Shown here piece after piece: positions 14,526 through 28,200 of a stretch of 64,000 nt of DNA; position 1 is the first letter of the stretch; each line of letters starts with the position of its first letter. This DNA comes from Eledone cirrhosa (taxonomy: Eukaryota). The notes below the pieces were generated by a model. The model was given only the letters and a program-made list of their open reading frames with translations, was not told the origin of the DNA and did no database searches. Both the position numbers and the translations under genes were made by a program. The stretch is from assembly GCA_964016885.1 (NCBI GenBank), contig OZ024745.1, positions 127,348,001-127,412,000 of the forward strand, given 5' to 3'.

Positions 14526-15073
14526 ACATTTCTCGTTCTGCAAACCGATTTTGGAAATAACAGGTTGCTAAGTACAAAAAAAAATAAATCAGAAAAAAAA
14601 CAACAGCAACAAAAAAATAACAACAAAAATAGCAACAAAACAACGAAAAGAACAACCAAACAAATAAATAAATTAAACAAAACAAAAAAAATAGAAAATA
14701 GAATAAAAGAATTTAAGTTGTTCACTATTGGATTTAGATCTTTTGGAAAACATGTGATTATGTCATCTACATTAATGTAATGACAACATGTAAGACATAG
14801 TTGTTACTCACTGGACCCCCCCCCCCAAAAAAAAACAATTAACGTACATAACTCTGTTATCAAAGAAAAAACGATTTTTTTCAATTCCAGTTCTTTAGAT
14901 TTAATTTTGATACGAAATACCTTTGATGTTCCTTTTAGTTGTAACATTCTCACCCTGTCCTGTAGCATCACTGCTTCTGTCTACCAAACTTTTCAAATTA
15001 CTTTTCGAGACAACTTGAATTCAATATCATTATAAAATCTATTCATTTACACGAAAACAAAACAAAACAAAAC

Positions 15074-15108
<35 letters not shown>

Positions 15109-15547
15109 TACACATTACACATTTCCTTAAATACTATGACTTTCACGCCTATTGTTTCTGAAAATTATCTAAAAATATATAAACACACAGACATACAAAG
15201 TACATTATAGAAATGACAGTGTGGAATCTAAACTATAATAAAGAAAGAAGTGCGGGACTGCGTCCAGAATATATTTTTTTATCAAATAAAATAACTAATT
15301 CATAAACTAATTATGAAATAAAATTTATTCATCGTTAGCCTATGATTACACGGGTGAGTATCGAACAAAGTGAATTGCTTCCTCAGGTGGTCTGTACTCC
15401 TTCCAATTTTTGCGTCGGAAAACGGCAACTAACTTAAACTAGGTATGTAAGAAAAAGAAAAAAATATCCATAATTAACAATAACTAAACGAAAATGGTTG
15501 TCGGTCATTTTCATTCGATACTGAAATTTTAACAAGAGGCTTCACAA

Positions 15548-15767
15548 TAAATGTTTCTACTTTAGGCACAAGGCCAGCAATGTTTGGGCAAGGGAAAATC
15601 GATTAAATTGATCCCAGTGCATTACTGGTGCTTTATTTATAGACCCTGTAAGGACGAAAGGCAAAGCTAACCTCGGTGGGATTTGAACTCAGAACACAAA
15701 TTGCCGTAGCTCTATGCCATAAAGCATGTTGTCCGACGCTCTACCGATACTGCCAATCCACCGCCCG
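15548..15767 (-). mobile_element. SINE family A
   Basis: Same consensus as 13520-13710. Confidence 0.85.
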
Positions 15768-16030
15768 AAGCTTTACAATAATACGTACTTTCAAAACAAC
15801 AAAATTCGAAGATAAACATCTTTTGGTTGTGGATCCTCGTTACAACTCAATAATCTCCCTATATTAGAATTATGGTACGATTTTAAAACAGTCGTTTCAG
15901 CAACCAATAATCTGCATTACCAATATTCAAATAGAACAACTTCCTGAGTTCTTCACATACATTTTTTATGTTATTTCCCCAAATAAACCCTTTGTAAACC
16001 ACACAATTTAGAAATCATATAAAACCATTG

Positions 16031-16154
16031 AATTCGTTTTGAAATTGACTCAATACATTTTCTAAAAAAATTCGCAAATCTTTCATAATTATTCGTTTTG
16101 AAATTGACTCAATACATTTTCTAAAAAAATTCGCAAATCTTTCATAATTATTCA
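16031..16154. repeat. about 59-bp tandem duplication
   Basis: attcgttttgaaattgactcaatacattttctaaaaaaattcgcaaatctttcataatt occurs twice. Confidence 0.85.
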
Positions 16155-16846
16155 GGTTTGCATTTGAAGTTAAACTCCGTTTATCAGGCTCATCTTCAAA
16201 GTGGCGAGGGCCATTTTTTGGGAAGCCGAGTTATTCAGAAAGCTAATTTCATTTTAAAAGAATTCACCGAAGTGATCATATGTTATAATTTTAATTTTTG
16301 TCAATTTATTTAGCTTTGTTGTAATATCTGTTGAATATGTTACTTTGTGAAACCAATTCTAGTTTTTATGAAACCCATGACTGTCATTTAAAATATCTTT
16401 GATCTAACAGATATTGATCATTTTCTCAACTACCTCACTTCATTATAAAGAAGTAACTCTCAATAATCTGTATCGAATTCTTCCCAAAGACATTTAAATC
16501 ATCCTCTTTGTGCTTTGACTCAAATAGGGTGTATAATTTTTATGGTCACTGACATAACTTCATCAAAATTCAACATTTTCCACACAATGCTTATTGGTGT
16601 GTTATGTAACTGGAAGCAATAACACTTGACAATTATTTCTCTTTTCTACAATATGCAATAAAGTCATTTTAATCTCCAATCTTAGATGGTGAATAATCGG
16701 TCGTGATAGATAGACGTTTTGTGGTGCAGTCTGTCGTTGGGGTGCCACCCTAAACGTTTGACTGTGTGTCTATCATGGAATTTCAATGGGCTTTAGAAAT
16801 GCTTGAGGCTGCCCATCTCTCCACCTATTATTAATATTATAAACAG

Positions 16847-17461
16847 GGCGGTGGATTGGCAGTATCGATAGAGAGTTGGATACCATGCTTTGCAGCATAG
16901 AGTTACGTCCCTTTACGGTCTGAGTTCAAATCCCACCGAGGTTAACTTTGCCACTCATCCTTACGGGATCGATAAAATAAAAGTACCAGTCACGCACTGG
17001 GGTCGGTTTAATCGACATTCCCCTCTCCCAAAATTGCTGGCCTTGTGCTTATATAAGAAACCATTATTATTGCGGTGGATTGGCAGTATCGGTAGAGGGT
17101 CGGACCCAATGCTTTGACGCATAGAGTTACGCCCTTTGCCATTCTGAGTTCAAATCCCGCCGAGGTTAACTTTGCCTTTCATCCTTATGGGGTCGATAAA
17201 ATAAAGTACCAGTAATACACTGGGTAATTACTGGCCTTGTGCCAAAAGTAGAAACAATTATTATTATTATTGGCGGTGGATTGGCAGTAACGGTAGAGGG
17301 TCGGACGCCATGCTTTGCAACATAGAGTTACGGCTCTTTATGATCTGAGCTCAAATCCCGCCGAGGTTAACTTTGCATTTCATCCTTATGGGGTCGATAA
17401 AATAAAGTACCAGTAATGTACTGGGTAATTGCTGGCCTTGTGCCAACAGTAGAAACAATTA
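16847..17461 (+). mobile_element. three head-to-tail SINE family A copies
   Basis: Heads at about 16847, 17071 and 17272, each ending aaacaattatt or aaaccattatt. Confidence 0.9.
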
Positions 17462-17506
17462 TATGCACACACACACACACATATACAGAGAAAGATAGAG
17501 ATAGAG

Positions 17507-17608
<102 letters not shown>

Positions 17609-17626
17609 GAAAATCAAGTTAATAGT

Positions 17627-17890
17627 TGGCAGGCAGTGATTTGACAGAGTCGTTAGAAGGTCGAATAGAATGATTTGCGGTGTTCGTTCTGGCTTTCTGC
17701 TCCCTGAGTTCAAATCCCACCGAGGTCAACTTTGCCTTTCATCCATTCTGTGTCACGCTGACTCTCCCCGAGAACTACGTTAAGGGTATACGCGTCTGTA
17801 GAATGCTTGCACGTTAATTTTATGAGCAGGATGTTTCGTTGATCGGGTCAACTGGAACGTTCGTCGTCGTAACCGACGGAATGTCAGTCA
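17627..17890 (+). mobile_element. chimeric SINE (family A head and core, family B tail)
   Basis: gagttcaaatcccaccgaggtcaactttgcctttcatcc is joined to tgtcacgctgactctccccgagaactacgttaaggg...gtaaccgacgga. Confidence 0.7.
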
Positions 17891-18589
17891 GTCATACATA
17901 AAAGGAGAGCTTCTTTTAATAGCTCACTTTCTGTGAAATGCGAGTCACACATAATGGATTTGTTATTATCGATAAAAATTTATTACGACTTCCTTGAAAA
18001 ACAAATGCTGAGAATTTAGTGATATTTTATATTTTAGCTTCGTATTTTCTTATTAATGATTTGAGAGGAGATCTATATTAAATTTTGTATTTAAATATTG
18101 AAAATGGAGCTGAATATTGCCTCGTTTTGGTAAAGAATCTATTGAATGACAAATCAAACATATATTTATGATTTCTCTTATTTGATATATAATAAATAGC
18201 TCATTGATCAGCTACAGACAAAATATTGATCTGCAATTGACTAGTTTGGAATTTATTTTCTAAAGATTTTATTACCAAATTATTCAAAATAAAATAATAA
18301 AGATTTAAAATTCTTATAAAATGGCGGACTTTAATAACTAGCCAAAATTGCGACAAAAATAGGGGATTTTAATATGTACTATAAATAAATAACGGTTCTT
18401 TACTTTAAATATATTTATTTTTCACATAACTGTTTGCGTTTTTCTTAGCAGAGATATGCCTTAAACATGTAATAAACCGTATCAACGACAAGTCGAATGA
18501 GAAACGGCGGCTTTCATGCATTTCGAGAGCAAATGAAACAAATGCTCTGTTTCCAACACACACACACACACACACACATATAAATACAT

Positions 18590-18880
18590 CTAAGTCTAAA
18601 ATCTAAAGTGTATCTTAAGCCAGAAGGCTCATTTGGCCGGTGCTTATCCTGGTTTCATGGCGTGAAGCGACTGAGAGTACAAAACTCCTCCCTGGACAGG
18701 ACGCCAGTCCATCGCAGGATTAAATCCCCAACTATTGTTGGTACTTATTTACAGCTGAGTATACTGGAGCAATGGGAAATGAAGTGTTTTGCTCAAGAAC
18801 ACAACACACAAGCCAGGAATCGAACCCACGACATTATGATCGTAAGTCCAACACTCTTACCACTAGGCCACGTGTCTCCA
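18590..18880 (-). mobile_element. tRNA-derived SINE (same family as 48565-48790)
   Basis: Reverse-complement tRNA-like head, core cttgagcaaaacacttcatttc...ctcagctgtaaat, tail ctctcagtcgcttcacgcca and (ctttaga) repeats. Confidence 0.8.
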
Positions 18881-18927
18881 CATATAAATACATACATGCA
18901 TACATATACATACATACAAATATAAAT

Positions 18928-19000
<73 letters not shown>

Positions 19001-19044
19001 CAATATATTAATAAATGGAAACTATATTTATAAAACCATAATTA

Positions 19045-19105
19045 TTTTATTATATATATTTCAAGGGCGACCAAGCCAATCTTGGTGCGCTTTCATCAGA
19101 TAAAA
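19045..19105 (-). ncRNA. type-I hammerhead ribozyme (minimal stem III)
   Basis: TTTTAT CTGATGA AAGCGCACCAAG attgg CTTGGTCGCCCTT GAAA T ATAT ATA^ ATAAAA. Stems I, II and III pair, and the core is intact. Confidence 0.8.
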
Positions 19106-20249
19106 TACAAAATTTGTTTTATAAATAGTAACATAACCATGTAAAACAACCTTGACGGTTGAAAATTCGCTGGATAGTGAACATTTATTAAGGGTAATTC
19201 AAAGTTATGTGTGAATATGCAAATGAATGTCCGAAAAATTGAAAAAACAACCGTTTATTTAAATTACGCTGTGGGAAGAAGAGAGAGAAAAGTAAAATAT
19301 TAGTATATGTAGAAATAGAGTGAAGAAAGAGCGAAGAAAGAAGCTTATCCGAGGATGAGCTCATATAACGTAAATAAGTCTTATGTTTATGTTACATATT
19401 TATGTTACGTATATTTACTAATAATTGTTAGAATTCTGTTATAATAAATATTTATTTACTATTATAAGTATATAGAAAATTAGATATATAGAAAAAATAA
19501 ATATAAAGATGTATTAAAATATATTAAAAACTAGATTTAAAATAGAAAGTAGAATCATAGGATAAAATATAGATATAAGGATAGATATATGAGTGGATAG
19601 ATGGGTATATCATGTTATAGATGATAAATTATGAGGGATAGTAGTTTATATTTAGTGTAATTATTTAAATTAAATTAAATTAAATTAACTGAGTTAATAA
19701 GATTACTTATATGTTTTTAATGTTTTACATTGGAAACATATTGAAAATCTCAGTTTTGTTTATTTATTAGTTATTATGAGATAATTTTGACAAAGATATG
19801 TTTAAAGATATATTTAGCCTGAGTTAGTTATTGGTTATAACTCTAATATTAAATAATTAAAAAATTAAAATTATTAAAAGTATAAGAAAATATTAAAACC
19901 ATTAAAATATTAAGATTATAAAATATTAAAAATTCTAGACAAAATTCTTGAAAATTCCTGGAAAAACTTTCAAAGAGATTTTTAAAAGATCTCAAAAAAC
20001 CTCAGAAGATACTCAAAAACCTTTTAAAAAACATTTAAAAAAACATTTAAAAAGTGTTTAAAATTAATTAAAAACCTAAAATTATTCAGAAAATATAAAG
20101 AAATAATATTAAGAAATAATATTAAGAAATAATACATTTTAAACTATTTTCACTACTATTTTCATAATACATTTTCACTATCCAGCGAATTTTCAACCGT
20201 CAAGGTTGTATTCCATGCTTATGTCACTATTTATAAAACAAATTTTGTA

Positions 20250-20310
20250 TTTAATCTGATGAAAGCGCACCTAGGATGGCTTGGTCGCCCTTGAAATATA
20301 TATAATAAAA
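20250..20310 (+). ncRNA. type-I hammerhead ribozyme, inverted copy with a few substitutions
   Basis: TTTAAT CTGATGA AAGCGCACCTAG gatgg CTTGGTCGCCCTT GAAA TATATATA ATAAAA. Confidence 0.7.
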
Positions 20311-20443
20311 TAATTATGGTTTTATAAATATAGTTTCCATTTATTAATATATCGAATATTTACTCCAGTATTCCTTCTGAGTGCTCTATATCAGTTATAA
20401 ACTTTTAAATTTGTTGGAATCCCAACAAATTAAATATAACTTC

Positions 20444-20497
<54 letters not shown>

Positions 20498-20665
20498 TAA
20501 AAGGAAAAGACAATGCTGACAAATTTTTAATAGTTTAATTAGGAATAAGTATAAATTAGTAATAAGTATTGGTTAGTATTCAGTTTTAGTTTTAAATTTT
20601 TACCGGTTGCGCATTTCTAATGCTTTTCAAAAATAATTTTGAGATAGAGCGCTCGTGATTTTTGC

Positions 20666-20769
<104 letters not shown>

Positions 20770-21238
20770 CACACATGCATACATACATTCTTACATGCAC
20801 ACATACATATATAAATACATACATACTCATAGGCACACACATAAACACATACACAAATAGACTCACAGATATACGCTCACTCACGTAGAGACACATAAAG
20901 AATAAAAGATGCACAAACATACATACACACACACAATGAAACCATATATATATATATATGTACACATTCGTTGAAGCAGAGTATCATGACACATACACTA
21001 AGCATACACAATCGGTAACCAAGACATTTCCAATCGATCATACGCTCCACTATCGTATCAATCCTTTTCTAGTTATTCACGAGATCCCTTGGTAATGCCA
21101 CCATTTCTGAAACTGGTTTAGCGGCTTCAAGTAGATCTGCAGCTCCTTGTTGTAGTCATGGCTTTCTGATGGACGCTAGCAAAGACCGGAAGCTATAATT
21201 TATATAGAAGCTGTACGATTGCTCACACACACACACGC

Positions 21239-21358
<120 letters not shown>

Positions 21359-21487
21359 TACCTTCATATAGAAGAGCACACACACACATATATATATGTA
21401 TATATGTAGTAGACATGTATATACACATATGTAGTATGTATCTCTCTATACATGTAAGTATATGCAGTATAAATATACATGTATATA

Positions 21488-21552
<65 letters not shown>

Positions 21553-21837
21553 CTGTGTGTATGAGTGTGTGTAGACATACAAGATTATTGTCTGGAACGT
21601 TGTGGGCCGTCCAAGGTTTTATGCTTGAATTTTCATGTCAGCATATTGGAAATTACATGAATGCATATTTCTGCAAGTATATGCATGTATGTATGTATGT
21701 ATGTATGTATGTATGTATGTATGTATGTATGTATGTATGTATGTATGTACGTATGTATGTATGTATGTATGTATGTATGTATGTATGTATGTATGTATGT
21801 ATGTATGTATGTATGTATGTATGTATGTATGAGGATA

Positions 21838-22120
21838 AGTCAACATCATTGGATACCATCAGGGTTGCAGGTGTTATATCAGAGTTTTCCTTCTCCTAGA
21901 ATTCTGCCTTGACAAAGGCTAAGGGGTCATCTCTCCCGGTGATTTTGGTACCATGGGCCCAGCACTATGTGTCAGTAATTGTCACAAGTGTAGTGTTTGT
22001 ACCAGAGTTTTCAAGTCGCTGGTTGGACTAAAAAGTCACACTCGTTCAGCGCATCTGTAGGGGTTCTCCTACATGGATATAAAGTAGTGGCCGTACTCGA
22101 AAACGAGTTGGCAGCCACCA
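21838..22120 (+). mobile_element. RTE-derived non-autonomous element, 5'-inverted copy with 13-bp TSD
   Basis: 21838-21948 is the reverse complement of 29505-29616, and the remainder is co-oriented with 24995-25148. The direct repeat ATGTATGAGGATA occurs at 21825-21837 and 22120-22132. Confidence 0.8.
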
Positions 22121-22133
22121 TGTATGAGGATAT

Positions 22134-22198
<65 letters not shown>

Positions 22199-22200
<2 letters not shown>

Positions 22201-22410
22201 GGGTGTTACAAAAATATTGATATCATTTAAGATGTAAATATCCATGAAACTACAAAATCTAGGACAACGAGCCTGAGTTGGCTCAATGTTGAGCAATACA
22301 AAATATATTCCTAAAGCATTTGTCAACATTATAACACTAATTCACAATATATATTTTTATGTGACAACCTGGGGAACAGGCCATGATATTAAACTTTTTG
22401 AAACACTCTG
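22199..22410. mobile_element. Tc1/mariner-type MITE
   Basis: TA-CAGGGTGTTACAAAAA ... TTTTTGAAACACTCTG-TA terminal inverted repeats. Confidence 0.75.
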
Positions 22411-22934
22411 TATATTTGTATGTTTGTAATCACTAAAGAAAGAGCCCTCAATATGTAATCACAGATGGAAATACAGTATATTGTATGGAATACACGGCAA
22501 ACATATGTGTGTATGTTAGTGTACATGTGCCCAAGGACTCATATGTACACGCACACTCACATATCCCTAGACACACAGACATATGTCCTGTTAATCAGGA
22601 CAAGAGAAAAATATTCACCCTTAGCCAATGGTTCTACGTATTGCTGACTCTACAACTACGAGAGCTGGCTCACATGAAAAATTTCACTGGATCCAAACTC
22701 ATATCTCAACTCGAGGAACGAGATATATAAGCAATGCCCGCATACAACCAAATATATTCTCTGGTTTTGGTCACGTAGTATCCATACATCCACCAATCCC
22801 CACAAATAATATGATCCAACACCACCGGGCAACCATCAAAACTCTTCCAGAAACTGAATAACGAATAACAAATACTCCAGATTAAAAAGGAAGTCAGAAT
22901 ATATTACCTCTCCTGTACTGATTAACACACATAT

Positions 22935-23345
22935 GTGCGCGTGTGTTTACGTGCCTGCGTGGGTATGTACGCGCCTGCGTGTGTGTGTACGCGCCTGCGT
23001 GGGTATGTACGCGCCTGCGCGTGTGTGTACGCGTCGCGCGTGTATGTACTGCCTGCGTGTGTGTGTACGCGCCTGCGTGGGTATGTACGCGCCTGCGCGT
23101 GTGTGTACTCACTTGCATGTGTATGTACGTGCCGCGCGTGTGTGTACGCGCCTGCGTGGGTATGTACGCGCCTGCGTGGGTACACACACGCGCCTGCGCG
23201 TGTGTGTACGCGCCGCGCGTGTATGTACTGCCCGCGCGTCTGTGTACGCGCCTGCGTGGGTGTGTACGCGCCCGCGTGTGTATGTACGTGCCGCGCGTGT
23301 ATGTACTGCCTGCGTGTGTGTGTGTACGCGCCTGCACGTGTGTAT
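22935..23345. repeat. CpG-rich 18-22-bp minisatellite (gtgtgtacgcgcctgcgt variants)
   Basis: Tandem units tgtacgcgcctgcgtggg and tgtacgcgcctgcgcgtg are directly visible. Confidence 0.9.
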
Positions 23346-23549
23346 GCGCATGCGTGTGTTACGCTTATGCGAATGTGTATTTCTGTACAATGACACACAA
23401 TACCTTCATCAGTGTGTTCACATAGACTAAAAGCCTGACCTCCGCCCTCACAAGAAACCGCAACACCTTGTCAGTATACGTTGAAACATTCCAACTAACA
23501 CATTACTTATCAAATGTAACTTTGTGTCTATTATATAACAGGTTATCTC

Positions 23550-23629
23550 GCTGTCTTTCTCTCTGTCTGTCTGTCTCTCTGACTGTCTGTCTGTCTGTCT
23601 CTCTGTCTGTCTGTCTGCCTGTCTTTCTC

Positions 23630-23664
<35 letters not shown>

Positions 23665-23693
23665 GTCTGTCTGTCTGTGTCTATCTGTCTCTC

Positions 23694-23744
<51 letters not shown>

Positions 23745-23773
23745 GTCTGTCTGTCTGTGTCTATCTGTCTCTC

Positions 23774-23816
<43 letters not shown>

Positions 23817-23905
23817 GTCTATCTATCTGTCTGTCTGTCTGTCTCTCTGTCTATCTGTCTCTCTCGGTCTGTCTGTCTGTCTGTCTGTCTGCCTGTCTCT
23901 CTGAC

Positions 23906-23938
<33 letters not shown>

Positions 23939-23989
23939 GTCTATCTGTCTCTCTCGGTCTGTCTGTCTGTCTGTCTGTCTGCCTGTCTC

Positions 23990-24032
<43 letters not shown>

Positions 24033-24041
24033 GTCTATCTA

Positions 24042-24072
<31 letters not shown>

Positions 24073-24430
24073 GTCTATCTGTCTCTCTCGGTCTGTCTGT
24101 CTGTCTGTCTGCCTGTCTCTCTGACTGTCTGTCTGTCTGTCTGTCTGCCTCTCTTTCTGTCTGCCTCTTTCTCTTTTTCCGCCTCTCTCTGTCTGTCTGT
24201 CTCTCTGTCTTTCTCTCTCCCTCACATTCTCTTTCCTCTCTTTCTGCCTTTCTCTCATTCTCTCTCCCACTCTCCCTTTCTCCCTTCTACATCTCTCTCT
24301 CTCTTACTTTCTCTATTTCTCTATCTCTCTCTCTCTCTTTCTTTCTCAATTTCTCTCTCTCTCTCCCTTAACTCCCTCACTCTCTCTTTCTGCCTCTCTC
24401 TCTCACTCACTCTCTCTCTCTCTTTATTGA
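23550..24430. repeat. (TCTG)n/(TCTA)n/(TC)n compound microsatellite
   Basis: Direct inspection. Confidence 0.95.
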
Positions 24431-24880
24431 TTTCTCCCCCCCACCCTCTCTTTCAACCTTCCGCCAGTCTTTCTCTCATTGTGTATGTATGTGAATGTAA
24501 TTGCTAATGCATAGTTTTATGCAAGTTTATAATTCATAAAAAGACTACATCAGTGTTGAGACAAACATTTACATAGATATGCTAAAAGCTTATAAAGCAA
24601 GGAAAATGGTAGAAACTAACAAAAAAAATCATATTTAGTGTAAATCTATCTCTTCCCCCATCTGCCTCTCTTTTTATATACCTATGTATGTATGTATGTA
24701 TGTATGTATGTATGTATGTATGTATGTATGTATGTATGTATGTATGTATGTATGTATGTATGTATGTATGTATGTATGTACGTACGTATGTATGTATGTA
24801 TGTATGTATGTATGTATGTATGTACGTATGTATGTATGTATGTATGTATGTATGTATGTATGTATGTATGTATGTATGTA

Positions 24881-25148
24881 CACCTTGGTTAAGAGAGTGG
24901 GACTGGCTTTGTGCAGTGCCTTTGTTCACTATAAAAGCTTCACGGCACAGGCATTGCTTTATATCTGGAGATCTCTCTGCACTTGTCGTCACATGGTACC
25001 ATGGGCCCAGCACTGTGTGTCAATAATTGTCACAAGTGTAGTGTTTGTATCAGAGTTTTCAAGTCGCTGGCTGGACTAAAAAGTCACACTCGTTCAGCGC
25101 ATCGGTAGGGGTTCTCCTACACGGGTATAAAGTAGTGGCCGTACTCGA
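24881..25148 (+). mobile_element. RTE-derived non-autonomous element, 5'-truncated, (TATG)n tail
   Basis: Encodes a remnant CSVCIRVFKSLAGLKSHTRSAH, resembling the RTE C-terminal C2H2 motif. It ends gtggccgtactcgaaaacgagttggtagccacca(tgta)n and matches the 21950 and 29640 copies. Confidence 0.8.
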
Positions 25149-25289
25149 AAACGAGTTGGTAGCCACCATGTATGTATGTATGTATGTATGTATGTATGTA
25201 TGTATGTATGTATGTATGTATGTATGTATGTATGTATGTATGTACGTATGTACGTATGTATGTATATATGTACGTACGTATGTATGTAT

Positions 25290-28200
25290 CTTCTTCTGGT
25301 TTTATAATTTCACAAATGTTTACCAATAGAGAGAGAGTCGGTTTCTAACATAGACACAAGACTCTCTCATTGGAATTTACACGACAACAACTAGGAGATA
25401 TGTATGTATGCATGTGTAGATATGGATGTTATTGTATGTGTGGATGTGTATGTTTTGAGTTGTATGTGTACATGTGTATATGCTTTGTATCTGTACATGT
25501 GTATATGCAGTTATTAGATGCAACATTTTTGGAATGTTTTACATATTTTTACTGTTCCATTAATGGATTGTACTTGTAATTTCCTAACTAGTTGTGTTCT
25601 TTCTGTTCCTGTGAAGCCTAGCTTCTCAATATTTGTATTGAGGCAGTTACTAACATATCCCAGTGCCCCAATAATCACAGGCATAAATCTGAAGGTGTAA
25701 TCAGGATGGAGTATCTGCAGATTTCTCATCAGTTCTGCATAAATATTCTCCTTTTCACTAATCTTTGATATTATATTGGAATCTGTTGGGCAGCTAATTT
25801 CCACTACTGTGCATGCTTTCTTCTCCCTGTCCCATATCATAATATCTGGCCTGTTATGCCTGCATTTTATTGGGGTTTTTACTGGAACATTCCACCAGTA
25901 ATCCTTCATATTATGTACATGGATGTCTATCACATTGTTGTAGCTTTTAATGTTTATTATCGGGGCTATCCTTTTTACGAAATGCATTGTACAGTGTTTT
26001 GGCCACTACATCATGCCTCATAGGTAGATAGTACCGCGATGACATCTTTGGACAGCTGCTGATGACATGGGTGATATCCTCGATGTTAGTTCTGCAGAGT
26101 CTGCACTTGTTATCACATCTAGGTGTTTTGCCTGCATCCCTATCTCTTTTGTGCTAATCTCCTGTTCCTGGATTGCAAAAGCATATCCTTCAAAGTGGGA
26201 GCCAATATAGCGGTTGTTGGTCCAAGATAGACTACTTTCCTCATCTATATTACTCTCACTTTGGAGCTTCCTGGCAACATATCCATGCATGATTTTTTGC
26301 TGATAGGCATGCAGTTTTTCATCCATGGATTCACTGCGATATAGCTGAGCGACATCCCTGGGTGTGAGTTTTTGATTATCACACAGGGAATATCTCTCAA
26401 GGAGTTCCTTCCCAACTCTCATGATCTTATCTGTTTCATGCAGATAGACTTGTTCGAGAAAAGGGCTCCTACGCTTCGAGGTTCGTAGATGTCGGAGAGA
26501 TATGATGCGACATTCAAATGTTGTCTGGACTGATGTTAGGCCTCTGCCTCCCTGCTTACGTTTCAAGTAAAGGCGGTCTATGTCACTGTTGATGTGGAAG
26601 TTTCCGGTGTTGTGCAGTATTTTTCGAGTTCCAACATCAACTGCTCGGATTTCGTCTATCGTCCAATTGAGTATTCCAAACGTTGGTGCTAGGACAGGCA
26701 CAGCAAACACATTGTGAGCCACTGTTTTGTTTTGCGCAGAGAGTTCCGATGACCAGATCTTTCTTAATCGGGTGTAGTATTCCTTGGTTACGCGTTCTTT
26801 ATTACAGATACCATTATAGGATAGGTTCTCATCTATCCCCAGGTATCTGTAGCAGTCCTCATTAGATATCGGTGAAACAGTTAGACCATTGATGACAATG
26901 TTGCTAGATTGGGTTGTTGTTTTTCCCCGCTTTACAGTCATTTATGAGCATTTATCTTGGCCAAACTCCATTCCTATATCCTTTGAGAACGTTGTAACCA
27001 GGTCAAGATTTTTCTTCATCCCATCTATGTTCTTGGCATAGAGTTTCAGATCGTCCACAAAGAAATTATGGGTTAGGTTCGTATTTCTGTCCTCCTGTGA
27101 GCCAATGATGTATCCCTCACATTTCTTGAGCAGAAAGGACAAGGGGTTTAATGACAAGATGAACAATATCACAGAAAGACTGTCCCCTGAAATATACCCC
27201 TGCAATATTTTATTTTATCAGTGAAAATAGAGTCCTCCCTCTCTGTCTTTAATCTTACGATAGTAGCCCAAGAAGAAGACAGCCTCTCTATGGCTCTGAC
27301 AATAATGTCTGGGACTTTAGCATGTTGGAGGGCCTCTATCATCCAAGAGTGGGGAACAGAATCGAAAGCTTTCCTGTAGTCCAGCCAGACTGTAGTCATA
27401 TTCCTCCTAAGTTGTCGCACCTCCGACATCGCAGTTTTGTTGATTAGGAGTTGTTCAGCACATCCCCAAACCCCTTTCTTTCCAGCTGCTTGTTCATATG
27501 TGATGATGTTATTATTTTCACAGTGATCTTGGAGGAATAGGTTCAGACAGGCTGTATACATCTTATACATCAGGTTCAGACAGGCTGTATACATCTTATA
27601 CATCAGGTTCTGGCATGCAATGGGTCGGTAGTTTTTTGCCAAGTGGGTGTCTTTGTTCTTGGGGACCAGTAATGTTTGTGCTAATGTCAACCATTCTGGT
27701 ATAACTGTATCTCCCTTAAGAACTTATTGGTAGAGGTCAGTAAGATACCTCCGATAGAATATTAGTTTTTGTACCAGTAGTCGACAATCATGTCTCTTCC
27801 TGGTGTTTTCTTATCATGGAGTTTTCCTATCACAGTCTCAAGGGTACCCTCACTTCTTTCGTATGTTTTTGTTGTAGTGTAGGAGCAATAGTTCTTTCGG
27901 ATTTCTCTTAGCAACACTGCATCTTGGTTGAAATTCTTCTTTTCACCCCATATTTTTCTCCAAAAGGAATCTATGTCTTTCTGGGATGGGGCCTCAGTGA
28001 CACTTATTATTTTGCCCTTCATATCTCTATAGACTGATGTTTGGTTTCGTCTGAATCTTTTATTAAGCCTTTTTCTCTCATCTACCTTCTTCAGGTATCG
28101 GCGTTTTTCGTTAACAGCTCTCAATTCTTGTTTGCAAACATCGTCTCTATTTTATTTTTCACTCTTTGTTGGTGAGAAGTGAGGTTTTTTTGTGTTTGTT

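Larger units (their letters stand above)
19005..20445. mobile_element. non-coding Penelope-like insert with inverted hammerhead-containing repeats
   Basis: About 175 bp at 19005-19180 is inverted at 20175-20351, and each arm has a hammerhead. The interior is very AT-rich, and (TA)n lies on both sides. Confidence 0.7.

Noticed and set aside
15387-15442. Possible exon flanked by cctcag and gtatgt
   Set aside because: All three frames hit stops and there is no supporting evidence.
18318-18328. YY1-like AAAATGGCGG motifs (also near 37853 and 43640)
   Set aside because: Isolated short motifs with no associated gene or promoter evidence.
21078-21176. Short open frame on the - strand (RPSESHDYNKELQIYLKPLNQFQKWWHYQGIS) after an AG
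   Set aside because: Length is compatible with chance and no domain is recognisable.
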